The notes under the pieces are model-generated. The model made no database searches, was not told the DNA's origin, and saw only the letters and a program-made list of their open reading frames with translations. Positions 13,844 through 27,917 of a stretch of 64,000 nt of DNA are shown piece after piece. Source of the DNA: Microthyrium microscopicum (taxonomy: Eukaryota); contig MU004238.1 of assembly GCA_010405405.1 (NCBI GenBank), positions 1,003,530 to 1,067,529 on the forward strand, in the 5' to 3' direction. The position numbers and the translations under genes were made by a program. Numbering within the stretch: the first letter of the stretch is position 1; every line of letters begins with the position of its first letter.

Positions 13844-15234
13844 CTAAAACGTATCATCTTGGTAGTTGGTGCCCTTCATGACAATAGAGGGACTATACTC
13901 CTCTGGCATTTCGTCGTCATCCATATAACCGCCGGCTGCATCGTACAAATCTTCCACAATGCGCCGACTAGCTTCTCGAGCTAAATCATGTTAGGGTATG
14001 AAAAGGCAAAGACGCAGTCGCTTACCTGGTGTGTGAATGAACTTTGGCTCCCCAAGCTCAAATCTCAGTGTTTTGGGTGGACTGAATTCAGGTATCTCGT
14101 CATCGTCACTGTCCCAGCCCATCCTCGATCGCATAGTGTTTTGGGTTCGGTTCGGCATCTCTTCATCTTCCATCTCACTCTTCAAGGGCCGACCAGTAAG
14201 TTGCTTTAGGCTTCGGCGACGCTCCTCGCGGTGCTTTTCTATGGTCTCCTTCTTTTTTGGTGACATGATTGTTAGTCCCGGCTTCGCATCGCTCGTGAAG
14301 ATTTCCGGCCGTAGCTGTGGCTCTTCGCCAAGCGGACTGGACATTGCCGGATCAAATGGCCTTCGCTTTGCAGTCATTGGTGTTGCAGCCACACGATATG
14401 TCATTCCCAACATGCCTTGGTGGAGAACAGTGTCTTTGTTGTTATTGTTCTTAAAGGCAGATTGCGGCATAGCGAACGGTGATGATCCGACTGGAGTCAT
14501 GGTCATATCGGGAAGTGCTGGAGGCCGCTTTCCAGGTGTCACCGGAGCCCCTTTTGGTTGAGATCCTTGTTTGTCTCCGCGTATCTCACGTCTCATGGCT
14601 TCGTACGGAGACGGATAATCAACAACATTGGCCATCCCAGATTGCCCTCCTTTGCCGGTGTCCTTCTTCTTTCCTCTTGCCGTGCTTGATGGCGGGAATC
14701 GAGGAGTGCTTTGATTATGCGCGAGGGATGGAGAAGATAGTATGATATCGTCATCATCAGATTCAATGATTTTGGTTGTAATATCAGGGGAGGTAATTGT
14801 CAAGTCTTCTGAGTCGTCGACACGATCGGTGACTTGCGAAGGAGTTGAGTAAAGCTGTGGTTCGGATGTTTCTTCGCTTTGATCTATTTCGCTTGTATCC
14901 GCGTTGACTACCGAGTCTTCGATTGCTGGAACGGCATAATTGTTGAAGGAGACGTTGCCCGAAGCTTCGAAGAATTGTTTCCAGAACTAGTGTGTGGTGA
15001 GTATTCGAGGAGAAATACGTTTTCAGATGAGCTTACCTTTGAGCCCTCCCAGACAGCCTCTGAATTTTTGGCGTATCTTTCAACAATTGGAAGTATGCTG
15101 GTGGTGACAATGCGATGCGCCTTGGCAAAGTTGGAGTCAATTTCCTGAAGTGTGAGAGTGATACTTTGCTCCAATTTCTCCAATTCTTCCGTCAAAGTGA
15201 GATTTCTCGGAGCCGCCATGCTAGGTCGAGCCAT
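13844..15234 (-). CDS. ask1: DASH/Dam1 complex subunit Ask1 (3 exons)
   Basis: N-terminal RNLTLTEELEKLEQSITLTLQEIDSNFAKAHRIVTTSILPIVERY; S/TP-rich middle; SPPKTLRF...TP|AREASRRIVEDL; ends DDTF*. Confidence 0.9.
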
Positions 15235-15522
15235 TGCGACAGTATTACTTGGATATGTAGCTCGGCGACAAAACAAACAGATGTTGGGTATTTTGGGTTG
15301 CCCATAACGCGTCTTGAGGTTGAGACTAAGAGCGCAATGGATACACGCGCGTCACACCCAGGACGCGCCTTCTTTGACCCCTGTACCAGGATTTTAGTGG
15401 ATTGAGGAGTAAATATCGCAGTATTCATCGAATTTAGCCCAGTGCCATGCCGCCTTCATCTCGAACCTCCTTTATACTCTTTTGCTTTGTATTTGGCATC
15501 TTTGGAGGAGCTACTGCTTTAA

Positions 15523-15660
15523 TACATAAAAGGAGCCTAGAGCATCTGAGCCCTAGGGAATCCACGCCAATGCCCTAGGGAACCAGAATTACCCTAGGGC
15601 AGAGCCTAATTAGGAGATGCCTTAAGGGCAAATATTACCCTTAGGGCATTACTAGGGTAG
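15523..15660 (+). repeat. Left terminal motif cluster of the RIP block (repeated GCCCTAGGG / CCCTTAGGGC)
   Basis: TACATA at 15523, AGCCCTAG 26 nt later, then several further CCCTAGGG-type copies. Confidence 0.6.
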
Positions 15661-18600
15661 TAGAGTAAGTTAGGTAAGGATTTAATTAGTAGAGCGTAAG
15701 AATCTAAGAAGATTATTATTAGTCTAGTTAGTTTAGGGAGTACGCATGCTTAGAAGAAAGCTTAATACTAGTATTTAGGATAGAGTAGTTATTTAGTAAG
15801 TAAATAATTATATTAACGTTATTAATAAATTTCTACACTAGCCCTAGAATGAATATACTTCTAAATTCTAGCCTAGCTACGTTCCTTGCTACTACGTTCT
15901 TAACTAGCCACGTTCCTAACTAGTGTTTCTACCTTAATCTTAGCCTTAACTCTATATACTTTACCTACTTACCCTATTTCTATACTTCTTACTATTTTTA
16001 TTAGGATCTTATATAAACTCTACTATACTATAATTTAGTATCCTTAAATCTAATCTACTAATATACTCCTTTAGATTGCTTCGTATTACTATAGAACTCT
16101 AGAATCTAATATTAAATTTAAGTCTTAGCCTATATTAGATTTATTAGCAAACTATTTTATTGCTTTTTATAATTTTTTCTACTTTAGGGCCGTCTAGAGT
16201 TTGCTAAGAGACTAGAGCTCCTAACTTTAGGTAAAGCAATATATTAAAAATTATATAAAAGCTAGAAATTAGATTCTAGCTTAAAAAAGCTCTATAAGAG
16301 TAATAGGAGAGAATAATAGAGTTAGAAGATTTAGCATTAAATAAATATAATTCTATTAAGTTTATAAACTAGGGTATATTTAAGGTAATTTATAAGGATA
16401 TATAGAAATCTATCTAATTAGAGAAGAGGTACTATTTCTAGACTATTATATAGAAAAAAAAGATTAAAAATTAAGAAGAAAAACGACGTTAAAAGTACTA
16501 GATCTAGTTAGAAGTAGGCAAAAAACGTAATATTAGGATAAGGTTATTATAAAAAGTTATTAATATTTATAGAGGTTTTTTAGTTAGGCCTTAGTAAGTA
16601 CTAAAAAAATATTAGTAAATATTAAAGAAATAGGGTAGTAAAGCTTTTAGTATTAAGTAATATAAATTAATTAAATCTTAGGAATTAGTCTAAGAGAGTA
16701 GTAATAGGAGTATTTAACTAATAATTAAATAGATAGGCTATAGATTATTAAAGCCCTAGCTAATAGTTTGCTTTAATTAAATTGTAGAATTTAAGCTATA
16801 AAAGTAATAAGAGCCTTCCTATTAAGTTAAGGAGGTTACTAGAAATTATAAGAGCTTTTAAAAGGCTCTTATAATTGTTAGCAACCCTTCTTAATAAGCT
16901 ATGCTAAGGTTATTAATAAACGTATAGCCTAGTCAATAAGTATTAGCTTTTTAAAATAGATCTATTCTAAAAAAGGACTCGTTTTATATATTTCTAGACG
17001 TGCTAAAAGTACTTCCTCCTTTGCTAGCTAAGATACTTTCTTTTTAGGCTACATACCTAGACTAAAGTTAGATTAAGTAAAGTAGACAATATCTATAAAG
17101 TCTATAAGTCTAGTAATAGGCTAGCTATTTATAATTCTAGTAGTTAGTAACGTAGGCTATATACTAAGGTTAACTTATATATATCTACTTAATTTTAGTA
17201 GTAGGAAGTTCTACTTATCCTTTTAATTATAGAAAAGAGCTTTCTAGGCTAATTACCTAGTATACTATTATAAAGATAAGGAGGTATTAATAGGACGTCG
17301 CTAAATGCTTTATACTAATAAGAGTTATAATAAAATCAAGAAAAGTATTAAGCCTTTAAGACTTAGTAAGGTAAATTCTATATATATTATAATCCTTATT
17401 AGTTAAGCTAATATTCTAAAGACCTATTATTAGTAAGATAATAATATTAACAATATAAAGTCGTTAAGCTATTTAAAGAGCTTAGTTTAGTATATATATT
17501 TCTTAACTAGCTATATAGAGAATAGAAATAGTACTTAGAATATACTTAGTAAGATAAAGCGTAATAGGGCGTACTATTATTAAGATATAATAGTTATTAG
17601 TTAGTATAGATAAGTAGTATTATATAAAGTAGTCTAGGTATTAATATACGTTATATAAAATACTATATAGTAGCTCTAAATACTAAACTAGTATAAATTA
17701 GTAAGATTTAGGTATAAGGGACTTAGCTTAGTAATAATATAGTAATAAATTGATATATTAATTTATGAAGGAGGTATTTTAAGACTTAGAAGGCGACCTT
17801 AATAGCTAGTATATCTATTAGAGGAACTCTATAATACTATAATATAGATTAGCAGCTATGTTAGGAAGTAGACTTACTATAGTATTAGAAATAGGACCGC
17901 CTATCTAGATCTAGTTACTTTTAAGTAGTTATTCTATGTCTATAGCTAGTAGAGGTTTCTTTTAATTTTTAGAAACTAGAGGAAGAATACTAGCTAGGCT
18001 AGGGAGCTACTATTATATACTAGGTCTATAGTTACTATATTATAGATCTAAAAGCTTTAGTTAGAGCACCTATAAGGTTATTAACTTTATAAAACTACTC
18101 TATAGGGGCTGCTAAATAATTTAAAGAAGAATAGTAAGATATAAACTAATATATAACTAAAACTATAACTTATATAGTAAGAGATAATTATAATTTAAGG
18201 TTAAGATAGTAATAAAGGACGTAATAGAGATAAGAGGCTATTTATTAATATACTAAATAGCATTAGTAGGTTAGTAATAGTATTAAATTAGACTTAGAAT
18301 AGTGAGTAGGTAAAAGCTTTTAGAAAGGCATTTAGAGAATAGGAATTAAGAGATATTAGTATAGACTTTAGTAACGCTTTATACTATATTTACGACTAAG
18401 TATATATACCTATAAGGTAGCTATTAATCTAATTAGCGTTATAGTAGTTATAGCTTAACTATCTACTAGGCTATACTTAATTATCTTCTAGAGTAGTTAG
18501 TATCTAATAAGTTAATTAATAGGTTATAAAGTAGGATAGAATATATATTTAGTAGTTAAGAGAATTACTATTATAGATAGAGCTTATTAGATATTACGTT

Positions 18601-21600
18601 AAAGTATATTACTACTAAAAAAGATATAATAATAATAAATATAATATTTTATAATTAATATAAGTTATACGTTAGTATAATACCTTATAGCTAAAGCCTA
18701 GAGCCTAGAACTAGTATCTAGTATCTAGTATCTAGTATCTAGAGCTAGTGTCTATTATCTAGTATCTATAACTAGCATCTAGAACTAGTATTTAGAGTCT
18801 AGGGTTAGATCTATAGCTATAAAGCTAGAGCTAGTATTTAGAGTTACTATAGGCTAGTACTAGTAATATAATAGTTAAATAGAATAGGGTTTAGAAACAT
18901 AACTAGGAAAATAAATAGGGAGAATGAAAAGGAGTAATACTTAGCATTAGTTAGATTATTATTATCTTTACCTGATAATAGCTAATAAACTAGATTTTGT
19001 TAGTATAATTAATAAGGCAATTAAAACTTATATTTATAACGTCCTATATAAAGGCAATAGAGTAAAATAAGGATAGAAAATAGAGTAAAGGTTAGATAAC
19101 TAATTCCTATATTAGTAGTTAGAGTATAATAAAGGTAAGTAGTATTTAATATCCTTAAAGGTTATTATTCTTTAACAACTTTTAGAGTATTATAATAAAT
19201 ATAATTTTTAATAGCTTAGTAACTAGTTTAGTATTTAGTAGTAATCAATTTAAGGTAAGATAATTTTAAGCTATAAGGTATAAGACTTAAGAACTAAAAG
19301 CAATCCTAAAGATAGTACTAAAGCTAGTAATTATAGATAGTAGGCAATATTAGAGGGCATTAATACTAGAATATTTTATACTTAACCTAGATAAAATTAT
19401 AAGCTATACTAGTATCTACAAGCTTAAGTAGTATTTAAGTATATATATTATTAGCTAGTAGCTTATTTACTTTATATAAAACTATAAAGAGGTTATTTAA
19501 TATAATTAAGAATAGGCTAATAATAATAGGATTTATTAAAGTAGACCTATTTAGTGCCTAGCTAGGAAGAATAAAGATATAGTAATACTTATTACTAAGT
19601 ACCTTATTATAAGGCTAAGGATTTATTAACTTAAGGTCTATATTGCTTATAATAATAAAGAGACGCTTAGTATTATCCTACTTATAGATAAAGATATAGT
19701 TAATATAAATAATAGAAGTAGACCTATCTAGATATAAGACGTATATAAACTAACTAGACTTAAAGATAACTTAAGCTTCTAGTTAAGAGTAAGTAAATAA
19801 TATCTTCTTAATATAATTAAATCTAGAACTAGGCTATATATATAAGTATAGCATACCATAATTATACTTATATATATACTAAAAAGTATTCTTAAAGGGC
19901 TACTATAGTTTACTAGTACAAGTTAGTATATAGTTAATGTTTCTAGAGTATAACTCCTTAATCTTATCTAATACTAATAGATTAATATAGTCTAAGTCGC
20001 TCTTAATCTTAGTACTAACTTCTTTATCTTTAAGATTACCTTTATCTTTAAGCACTATACTCTTAGTTTATAGAAGAATAATATAAAAGAATACTAGGTT
20101 AGTTTTAAATAAGTTAGCTATAATTTTAGTTAAGATAGGTTTTTCCGTCTTATAAGTATTAGCTAAGAGTAATTAATAGGTTTAATATATATTCTAAGTA
20201 TAGAGTAGATCTTAGTAAGTATTATAGTAGTTAGTATAGTAGATAATTATCTTCTATAGATAATATAATATTTTTCTAATTAGGACGTTTATATTTATAA
20301 AGTTTATATATTCTTATGCTATATAATAGTAATAAAGAGTAGTATAAATATTTAGTAAGACTAAGTCCTTTAAGAGTTTTAAGGCTTTATAACTATAAAG
20401 AATATTTTTAGCGTTTAAAGACTAGGGAGTACTTATGTAAGAACTACTAGTAATTTTACTTACTTAACTCCCTTTTTATAAACTTTTATTAGGCTATTAA
20501 TTAAGGAGAGTATTACTATAGCTATAACTATAACTATAACTATAAGCTTTACCTTTACTATAAGCTCTACCTTAGCTATAGCTACTAAGATTAAGAGATT
20601 AAGCTAGATTATTAATAAGACCTTAGGCTATTAAAAAGAGAAGCTTCTATAGCTTAGCTTAATAAGCCTAAATAAGATTATCTAAGTTATTATAATTATT
20701 AAGACTTAAGGGTTCTATTAAGATACTATTACTATAAGCTAAGGACGCATAGTAATTAATAATAATACTAACTAGATCGTAATTAAATAGTATATCCTAT
20801 TATTGCTTAAATATAACTTAAATATACTTCTTAATATAGCTTTCTTGTAGGGTTACTTAGAGAAGAGGAATAATTACGTAGGACTAATAAGCATACTTAG
20901 CAATAGTATAGCTTTTAAAGTAGTAAAGTAAACCTTATAGTAGTAGATAACTAGCTAGGTATGGAAATAATTAAAGAGTAGTAATATAAATTTTAACGCC
21001 TTAGCTTATAAGAAGTTTAGAGAGTAGTAGTTTATATATTATTTAAGATAGTCCTTAATATTTAGAATAGGCAAGATTAAAAGGGCGTAATATAAAGAGG
21101 TCTAAAGTAGGAAAGATACTAATAAGTAGTAGGTCTTCTATACTAAGTCTATATTTTATAGCAAATTTATTTTTTTAGCCTACTATATTAAAGTTATTAA
21201 GCTATTTTCGTAAGACAATAACTTAATAGTAATAGTAGCCTTCTAAGATAATATTTATATAAATATTAGAGTAAGCAATAGAGTTAACCTAATAGAAATA
21301 ACATTCTAGGTTAGCCTTTTAATTCTTTATCCTAGAATTCTCTTATTACTAAAGCATATCCCCTATATAAGTGATAGTAGGTATGCTAAACTAGATATTC
21401 TAATTATTAAATCAAATGATTAAGCCTTTATTAATAATTACTATTTAACGTAATAAGGCAATGATATTAGGAAAGTTGCTCCTATATAGGCCAATTATTA
21501 GAGGGAAGATATTATTTTATTAATAACGTTATTAGAAGTCTAAGGCTACTATAATATAATAAATACCCATAAGAGATTAGTAAGCGTTTTGGTATAGACC

Positions 21601-23375
21601 AAAGCTATTAATAAAAATAAGCACGGGCAAAGATATACTTTAGATACTAGTAGTTTAACAATTAAAATTCTTTATATAATTACGTCCCTACATTCTAAGC
21701 TTAAGCTTTCCTTAAGATAGATAAGTTTGCCTAAGAGGAAAGACCTCTAAATTACTAGAATTAAGCTTATATAACACACAATAAATAAGAGTCTTGTTAG
21801 TTAGAGTAGTAGTATTAATAGATTATATACTAATCTAATTATTACTCTATTTGTAGTCTAACAACACGTTAGGGTATTGCCCCTTAATATTTTCCTTAAG
21901 AAGGAAGTAATTATAATTCTATAATAGTATAGCCTCATTATAGTAAAGAAGTACTAAGATAGGATCTAACATCTTACTAGTATTAAGGTCTTATTACTAA
22001 CGTACTAGTAGCTTAGATAGGACGTTAATACTAAAGAGCTTAAAATTATTTAGCTATTAACGTAGAATAAGCTAGATTTCTAATAGAACCTATCTATAGT
22101 TTAGGTCTCCTTCTAGGACGCTACTTATATAATTTTTAGCTACTTAGAAAATACAACTAAGATAAAGTACGTTAAAATAATAATACTAGCAATTATAATT
22201 ATTACAATAAAAGTATATAAAGTTAGATAAAAAGATTAGTTGCTACCTACTTATAGTATTATCTATTAGGTCTAAAGAATAATATACGAAATTACTAGAT
22301 ATAGTTTAAATAGAGGTAGCCTAAGCTTAAGAGTACTAAAGCTCTATAGAATTATTAACGTAATATGCTATACTAAAGTATATCTTCTCTATAATATCTA
22401 ACATAAGGATATAAACAAATAAGTTAATTAGATTAAAGAAATATACCTTCTCTATTTTTAAGACTAATAACTAATCTAGATTAAGTATAATATCTTAAGT
22501 ATATATTTTAATTAATAGTAACTACTTAGTAGTCTAATGCTTTAGTATAGCAACATTAGCTAGAAGACTATAGACTTCTATAGTAAGCTCTAGCATTTTT
22601 ATAATGCTTAAGAGTAAAGTAAACAATACTTAAGAAATTTTAGCTTTTTTGTACTAAAGGCCTAGAGCTATGTAAAAGCGTATTAGAGGTATAGAAAAGT
22701 GCTTATAAGCTACTAGCTCTAAGGGATCCTTTAGGTCGTAATTAATTCTACTAAAAGCAAACTCTTTATTAAACTCATTAAGCTTATTATTAACTAGCTC
22801 TTCTTTACTCTTTAATAGTATTAGACCTTTATCCTAATTAAATAGCTTAGTTAGTACTATCTCTTTAGCAAATAGCTTGTTAAAAGGCTACTTAAATTAT
22901 TAATTTATAGTAAACTCTACTAAGTCTATGTCTAGTAGAAACTCTATTAAGGAAAGAATAATATCTCTATTAAATTTGTCTAAATCCTAGTATATATTAA
23001 CTAAAAAATATTAGTATAATTCTAGATGTAACCTACTTTATCTTATTCTCTAATATTAATTTAATAAAGAATACGTATAAGTAGATTATTCTATAAGGAT
23101 TAAATTTAGGACTATTATAATTGTATAGCATAGCTTACAATATCCTAAATAGATAGGTTAAGCCCTATTAGATCTAGATTAATAGCGTCGTCCTCTACGA
23201 TAGGCAGTTAGTAGCCTAGACTAACCTAAGTATCTATTTTATTAGCTTTAGAGTCATCAAACGTATTAGCATAGCAGCTATTAAAGTCCTATTAATTATC
23301 GCCTAGTTCTTATTAATACTTATTATTATTATTACCTACATTAAACATAAGCATATTATTATCCTAAGCAGATAG

Positions 23376-23452
23376 GCTAGAAGCTTAATTATCTTAAGTA
23401 GACGAGCTAGGAGCTTAATTATCTTAAGTAAACAAGCTAGGAGCTTAATTAT
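23376..23452 (+). repeat. 30-bp tandem repeat (~2.5 copies) inside a RIP-killed ORF
   Basis: GCTAG(A/G)AGCTTAATTATCTTAAGTA... units; reads DN(Q)APSSST(Q) on the minus strand if TAA is restored to CAA. Confidence 0.6.
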
Positions 23453-26400
23453 ATACTACGCAGCGATAAAGGTCCTTAGGACAAGGTATTCTTTAGAAAC
23501 TAGACATTACTACAACTAAAATAAGCACAGGTAGTAAAAAGTAAGCCAATAGAATTAGACTTAGTAAATAGATAAAATACTAAGGGATAATAAGGAAGTA
23601 GTAGATAGATAAAGTAGTAAATAGATAAAGTAGTAGATAGATAAAGTAGTAAATAGTAAAGTATTAAGAGATAAACGTTTATAGCCTTAGGTTATATAAG
23701 TAGCTACCTATAACGTATCTACTTTAAGCATAGAGACGTAGTAAGTTATTACTATAGAAAGAAGGCATAATACTAGTAAAAGGAAGAAATACTATACTAA
23801 GAAAGTAGTTGCGTAGACTTAGAAGAATTATAAAGTACTACCTTATAAATCTTCTTTAGCATATTAATCTATATTATAATTATAATTACAATTATTATTA
23901 AGTAAATAATAAAACTTATATATATAAGTATAATGTCTTCTTAAGTACTATTTCTTTTAACCTCTTTTTCTTCTACGTCTTCTTCTCTAGGGTCCTTCTT
24001 ACTTCTACTAAGCGCTTAATTAGGCACTACTTTAAGTTATAGTAATCTAGATTATATTAATCTAGTAGCTTTATTTAATAATGCTCCTCTTCCTACTTCT
24101 CCTACTCTATCTTGTAAGCTATACTATTTCCTTTTTATAGATTCTATAATAGCTAATTATTATTATAGTATAAGAGGCTATTAGTTGCCTAGAAGAAGCG
24201 ATAAGTTTAGTTCTAAGGATAAAATAGTTAGGTAAGACTAAAAATCTACTATAGTTAAGAGCCTATAAATTTAAAATACAAGTTAAAGTAAAGCTATTTA
24301 TAGAGGTAGAAGGTAAAAAAGAGGAAGATACTATAATAAAGATAGATAGTAAGATAGAGGTTAAGAACTTAAGTTAATAGGATATATTAATATACTAATA
24401 TTAATAACCCTATACTTCGTCCTATTATAATCTTTAAAGTACTATACTATAAGAGTTAGAGATAATATAGGCTAAAAGGATTAATAATATAAGATAGCTA
24501 TTATAGTAACTAAGGAATATTACATAATATTAGAGAAAGGCTATAGATTAGTAATAAATAATTTATTATTTTAATGTAATAGATAATAAATAAACAAATA
24601 AATACTTTTAGTAGTAGGACTCTAAACCTAAATATCTATAAAGTCTAAAACTCTAAGTTAAATCCTCTTTTGTTATAGCTAAGTAGGTTAAATTAATTAT
24701 TAAAGAAAAGGATTAAGTTTACCTAATTGAGATACTTAACTAAAACAATGTAATAGGAAACTAATATAATAAGAACTAGTAAGTAGCTTAATAATAATAT
24801 AAGTTATTAAAATTATATAGTATATACTAGTATAAAAGAGCTATTAGAAATAAAGAGTATTAAACGCTATTAAATATAGTTAAAAGTAAAAACTTTTTTA
24901 CTATCCTACTATAAGAAGCAATCTATAGAATTAATGCTAAGATAGTAAGTTAAAAAAGTACTAAAATAAGAGGGTAATTATAAAGAAAGAATATAAAGCT
25001 AATAGAAGTTAAGAGAATTAAAAGCTAAGGATAATAGAGGGTAATAATAAGCGGCTAAAATATTAAAAAAGAAATAGTTAATAGTTAGTTAGACGAGCTA
25101 GTTTAAGAGTTTTATATAAACATTTATTAGTAATACTTTAGTAAGAGTTAGTATATAGTTCTCTATTTTTATTACCTATATACTAAATTTCTTCTCTATA
25201 TCTTATCTTCTCCTTTACTAGATCTAATATATAAGTACGTAGATTAAGACGTTTATAGTATAGTTAAGTATAACTAGTATTAATATTAGGATAGATATTT
25301 AGGTTTCTAAATAGTAGGTCTTAGAATTATAGATTAATAGTAGAGCTAAATACTTTAGGACTATATATAGCTAAAAGAGAACTATCTTCTTAACTAAGAA
25401 ATAGATCGTCTTAATTAGTAGTAGTACTCTACTTTTAAAGATTATAATTAAGATCTTTAGAATACTCTTTAATTAGAGGTAAAGTGGCCTACTTATTAGG
25501 ATGAGGTATAGAAAAGGTAATATAACCTTTTCTTACTTACTTAACTTTAGCTTTACGCTTTAATTAACTAGCTTAGAAACCTTAGCTAATAATCTAAAAG
25601 TTAATAAGATTAATATTATCCTAGCTTTTATAAAGAGTAGTAATATTAAGACGAATGTTAATAGCTTTATTACGTTTATCTTTAAGAGCTTAGTTATTAA
25701 TAGTAGTACTAATAGAGAAGGAGGTAAGCAACTTAGTAGCTACTATATAGACGTTAACCTATATAGCTTTAAAATATTAGTATAAATTAGAATAAGAAGT
25801 AAAGAGGATATACTTTTTATAAAATACTTTTTAAGACTTAGGCTCTAAGTATAGGTAACTATATCCTTAATATGCAAGAAGACTTAATAATAGCTTAGAA
25901 TACTAAAATGATTCTTAAACTACTAAGTATAATAATCCTAATTAAAAGGCTCTCTACGCAAATTAGGCTTAGTAGTAAAAACCTTATAGATTTGCTTTAT
26001 AACATATTTATAAATACGCTTCTTATAAGAATGATAAGCTTTTTATATAAGGCTTTGTATACGTATAAAGATGTTATTAAAAAGGCTAAATTTACTATTA
26101 ATAAAGATAATATTTATAATATTAGGTAAGTTTTTATTATTCTAAATTAGTAATATGTTAAGCTTAATATATTATATTATGCGCTTATAATAGTATGCGT
26201 TCTCTACCTTAGTAGTTTAAGTAACTACTTTATACTATAGATCTTAAAGTTTACGTATGAGCGTAGAATTATCCTTAATAGCTTTATAGATCTTAGTACG
26301 AGACTTTGCGTTAATAATAAAGAGTTATAGTTTTTATAACTCTAAAACTATAGTAAAAGTTAAGGATAAACTTTTAGAAGAATATAATAGAGTAATAGAA

Positions 26401-27917
26401 GAGGCTTTAGGATAACTAACTAATACTAAGCCTAAAGGCGAAGAGTAAGTCTACTAATAAGTATAAGGACTAGTAGGTTAATATAGTATTTATAGTAGAG
26501 CACTTAAGGGAGTAAAACCTTAAGATGTAGAAGCTAATAATTTAGCCTAAGGTGTTAGACGTAGGGTAAGCTAATATTAAGTAGAGAGTTAAGCTTAAGA
26601 AAGATTAATATATAGAATAGTAGTATATATAAAGCTATGTAGAATAGAGGTTAAAGCGTAACGACGCTATAACTTTTTATAAGCCTAACGTAATTACTTT
26701 TCTTCTTTATCTAGATCTTATATATATGTAGTATCTAAATTAATCTTTTACTAGTAAATTATCTTATTTTCTATAGTAGTATATAATAGGTTATTTGTAA
26801 GAGAGTAAAATATAGCTAGTGAAATACTAAGCTTAGTATTACGTATAGTGTTAGAATAGTTAATAGAAGCTAGTAGTAAAGGTATAGTAGATAAGTTAGT
26901 ATTACTACTAAACTATAAGGTTCTACTAAGACCTTTAGGTTAAAGAATAGCTAGTATAGGATATAAGTTTTACTAGTTATATATAAAGGTATAGTTAGCG
27001 TTATATTATAGCGTCTAAAAGTTTTATATAAAGCTCTATCTAATATTAGCAAACTATTTATAAGGGTTAAAAGAGAAACCTAGACTTATTTTTTATAATA
27101 GAGTAGAAGAATAGTTATTTTAAAGAGTTTAAGTACTAGTACTATAATAAAGTTATTATTAAATATTAGTCTTAATTAGACGTAGATTCTAATAGTTACT
27201 AAAACTGCGTAGAGGCTACTAAGCAGAAGTACTATATATAAGCATAAGAGGACGTTTACTAGGTATATTAGAAACACTTAACTCTAGCTAAATAATTATA
27301 CTAGGATTGCGTATAGAAGTTAAAGTATCTTTATTGCTACTATAACTACTACTACTACTATGGCTATAGCTACAACATATTACTATATCTAATTAATATA
27401 CTTTAGTACTATAATTACTACTATATAGACTACTCGTATTAGGGCTAGTGCTAGGTAAAGATATAATAATTAAAGGATAAAAGATATAAAGAGTAAAAAG
27501 GGAAAATTAACAATTAAGGAAAAAGGGCTATACAAATTATAAAGACTAATATAAATATTAGAGATAGATATTAAAGATAAATATTATAGAAAAGTATAAA
27601 GAAGGGAAGATCTAGAATAGGGTCTATAATTTAAAAAGATACGCTATAGGGTATTTAGGTATTAGCGTAGCAAAAGCTTAGTATAAAAAAACTATTTACT
27701 TAGTATAGGGATATAAGTATAGTAGCAAACTAACCTCTTTATATTTAAAAGCCTATAGTTAGCAAATACTACCTTAATAAATAACTATATTTACCTAATT
27801 AAGCCTAGTGCATAGATGCTTAGCAATATAGGAATAATAGATTTAACAAACTTAGGCTTAGAAATTATTTTGGGGTAGCCTAAGCTTACGTTAACCAATC
27901 AGAGCTTAGCTTAGTAG

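Noticed and set aside
15551..15650. CCCTA/TTAGGG-like motifs as interstitial telomere repeats
   Set aside because: They are not tandem hexamers and are better explained as RIP products of the CCCTGG/CCAGGG motif.
23598..23662. 16-bp tandem repeats (GTAGATAGATAAAGTA-like), and 7-bp repeats near 18715, as a possible CRISPR array
   Set aside because: No unique spacers, eukaryotic context; these are simple RIP-mutated tandem repeats.
25908..26129. 73-aa ORF in the RIP block
   Set aside because: I/K/L/Y-rich composition typical of chance ORFs in RIP DNA; the coding relic is on the opposite strand.
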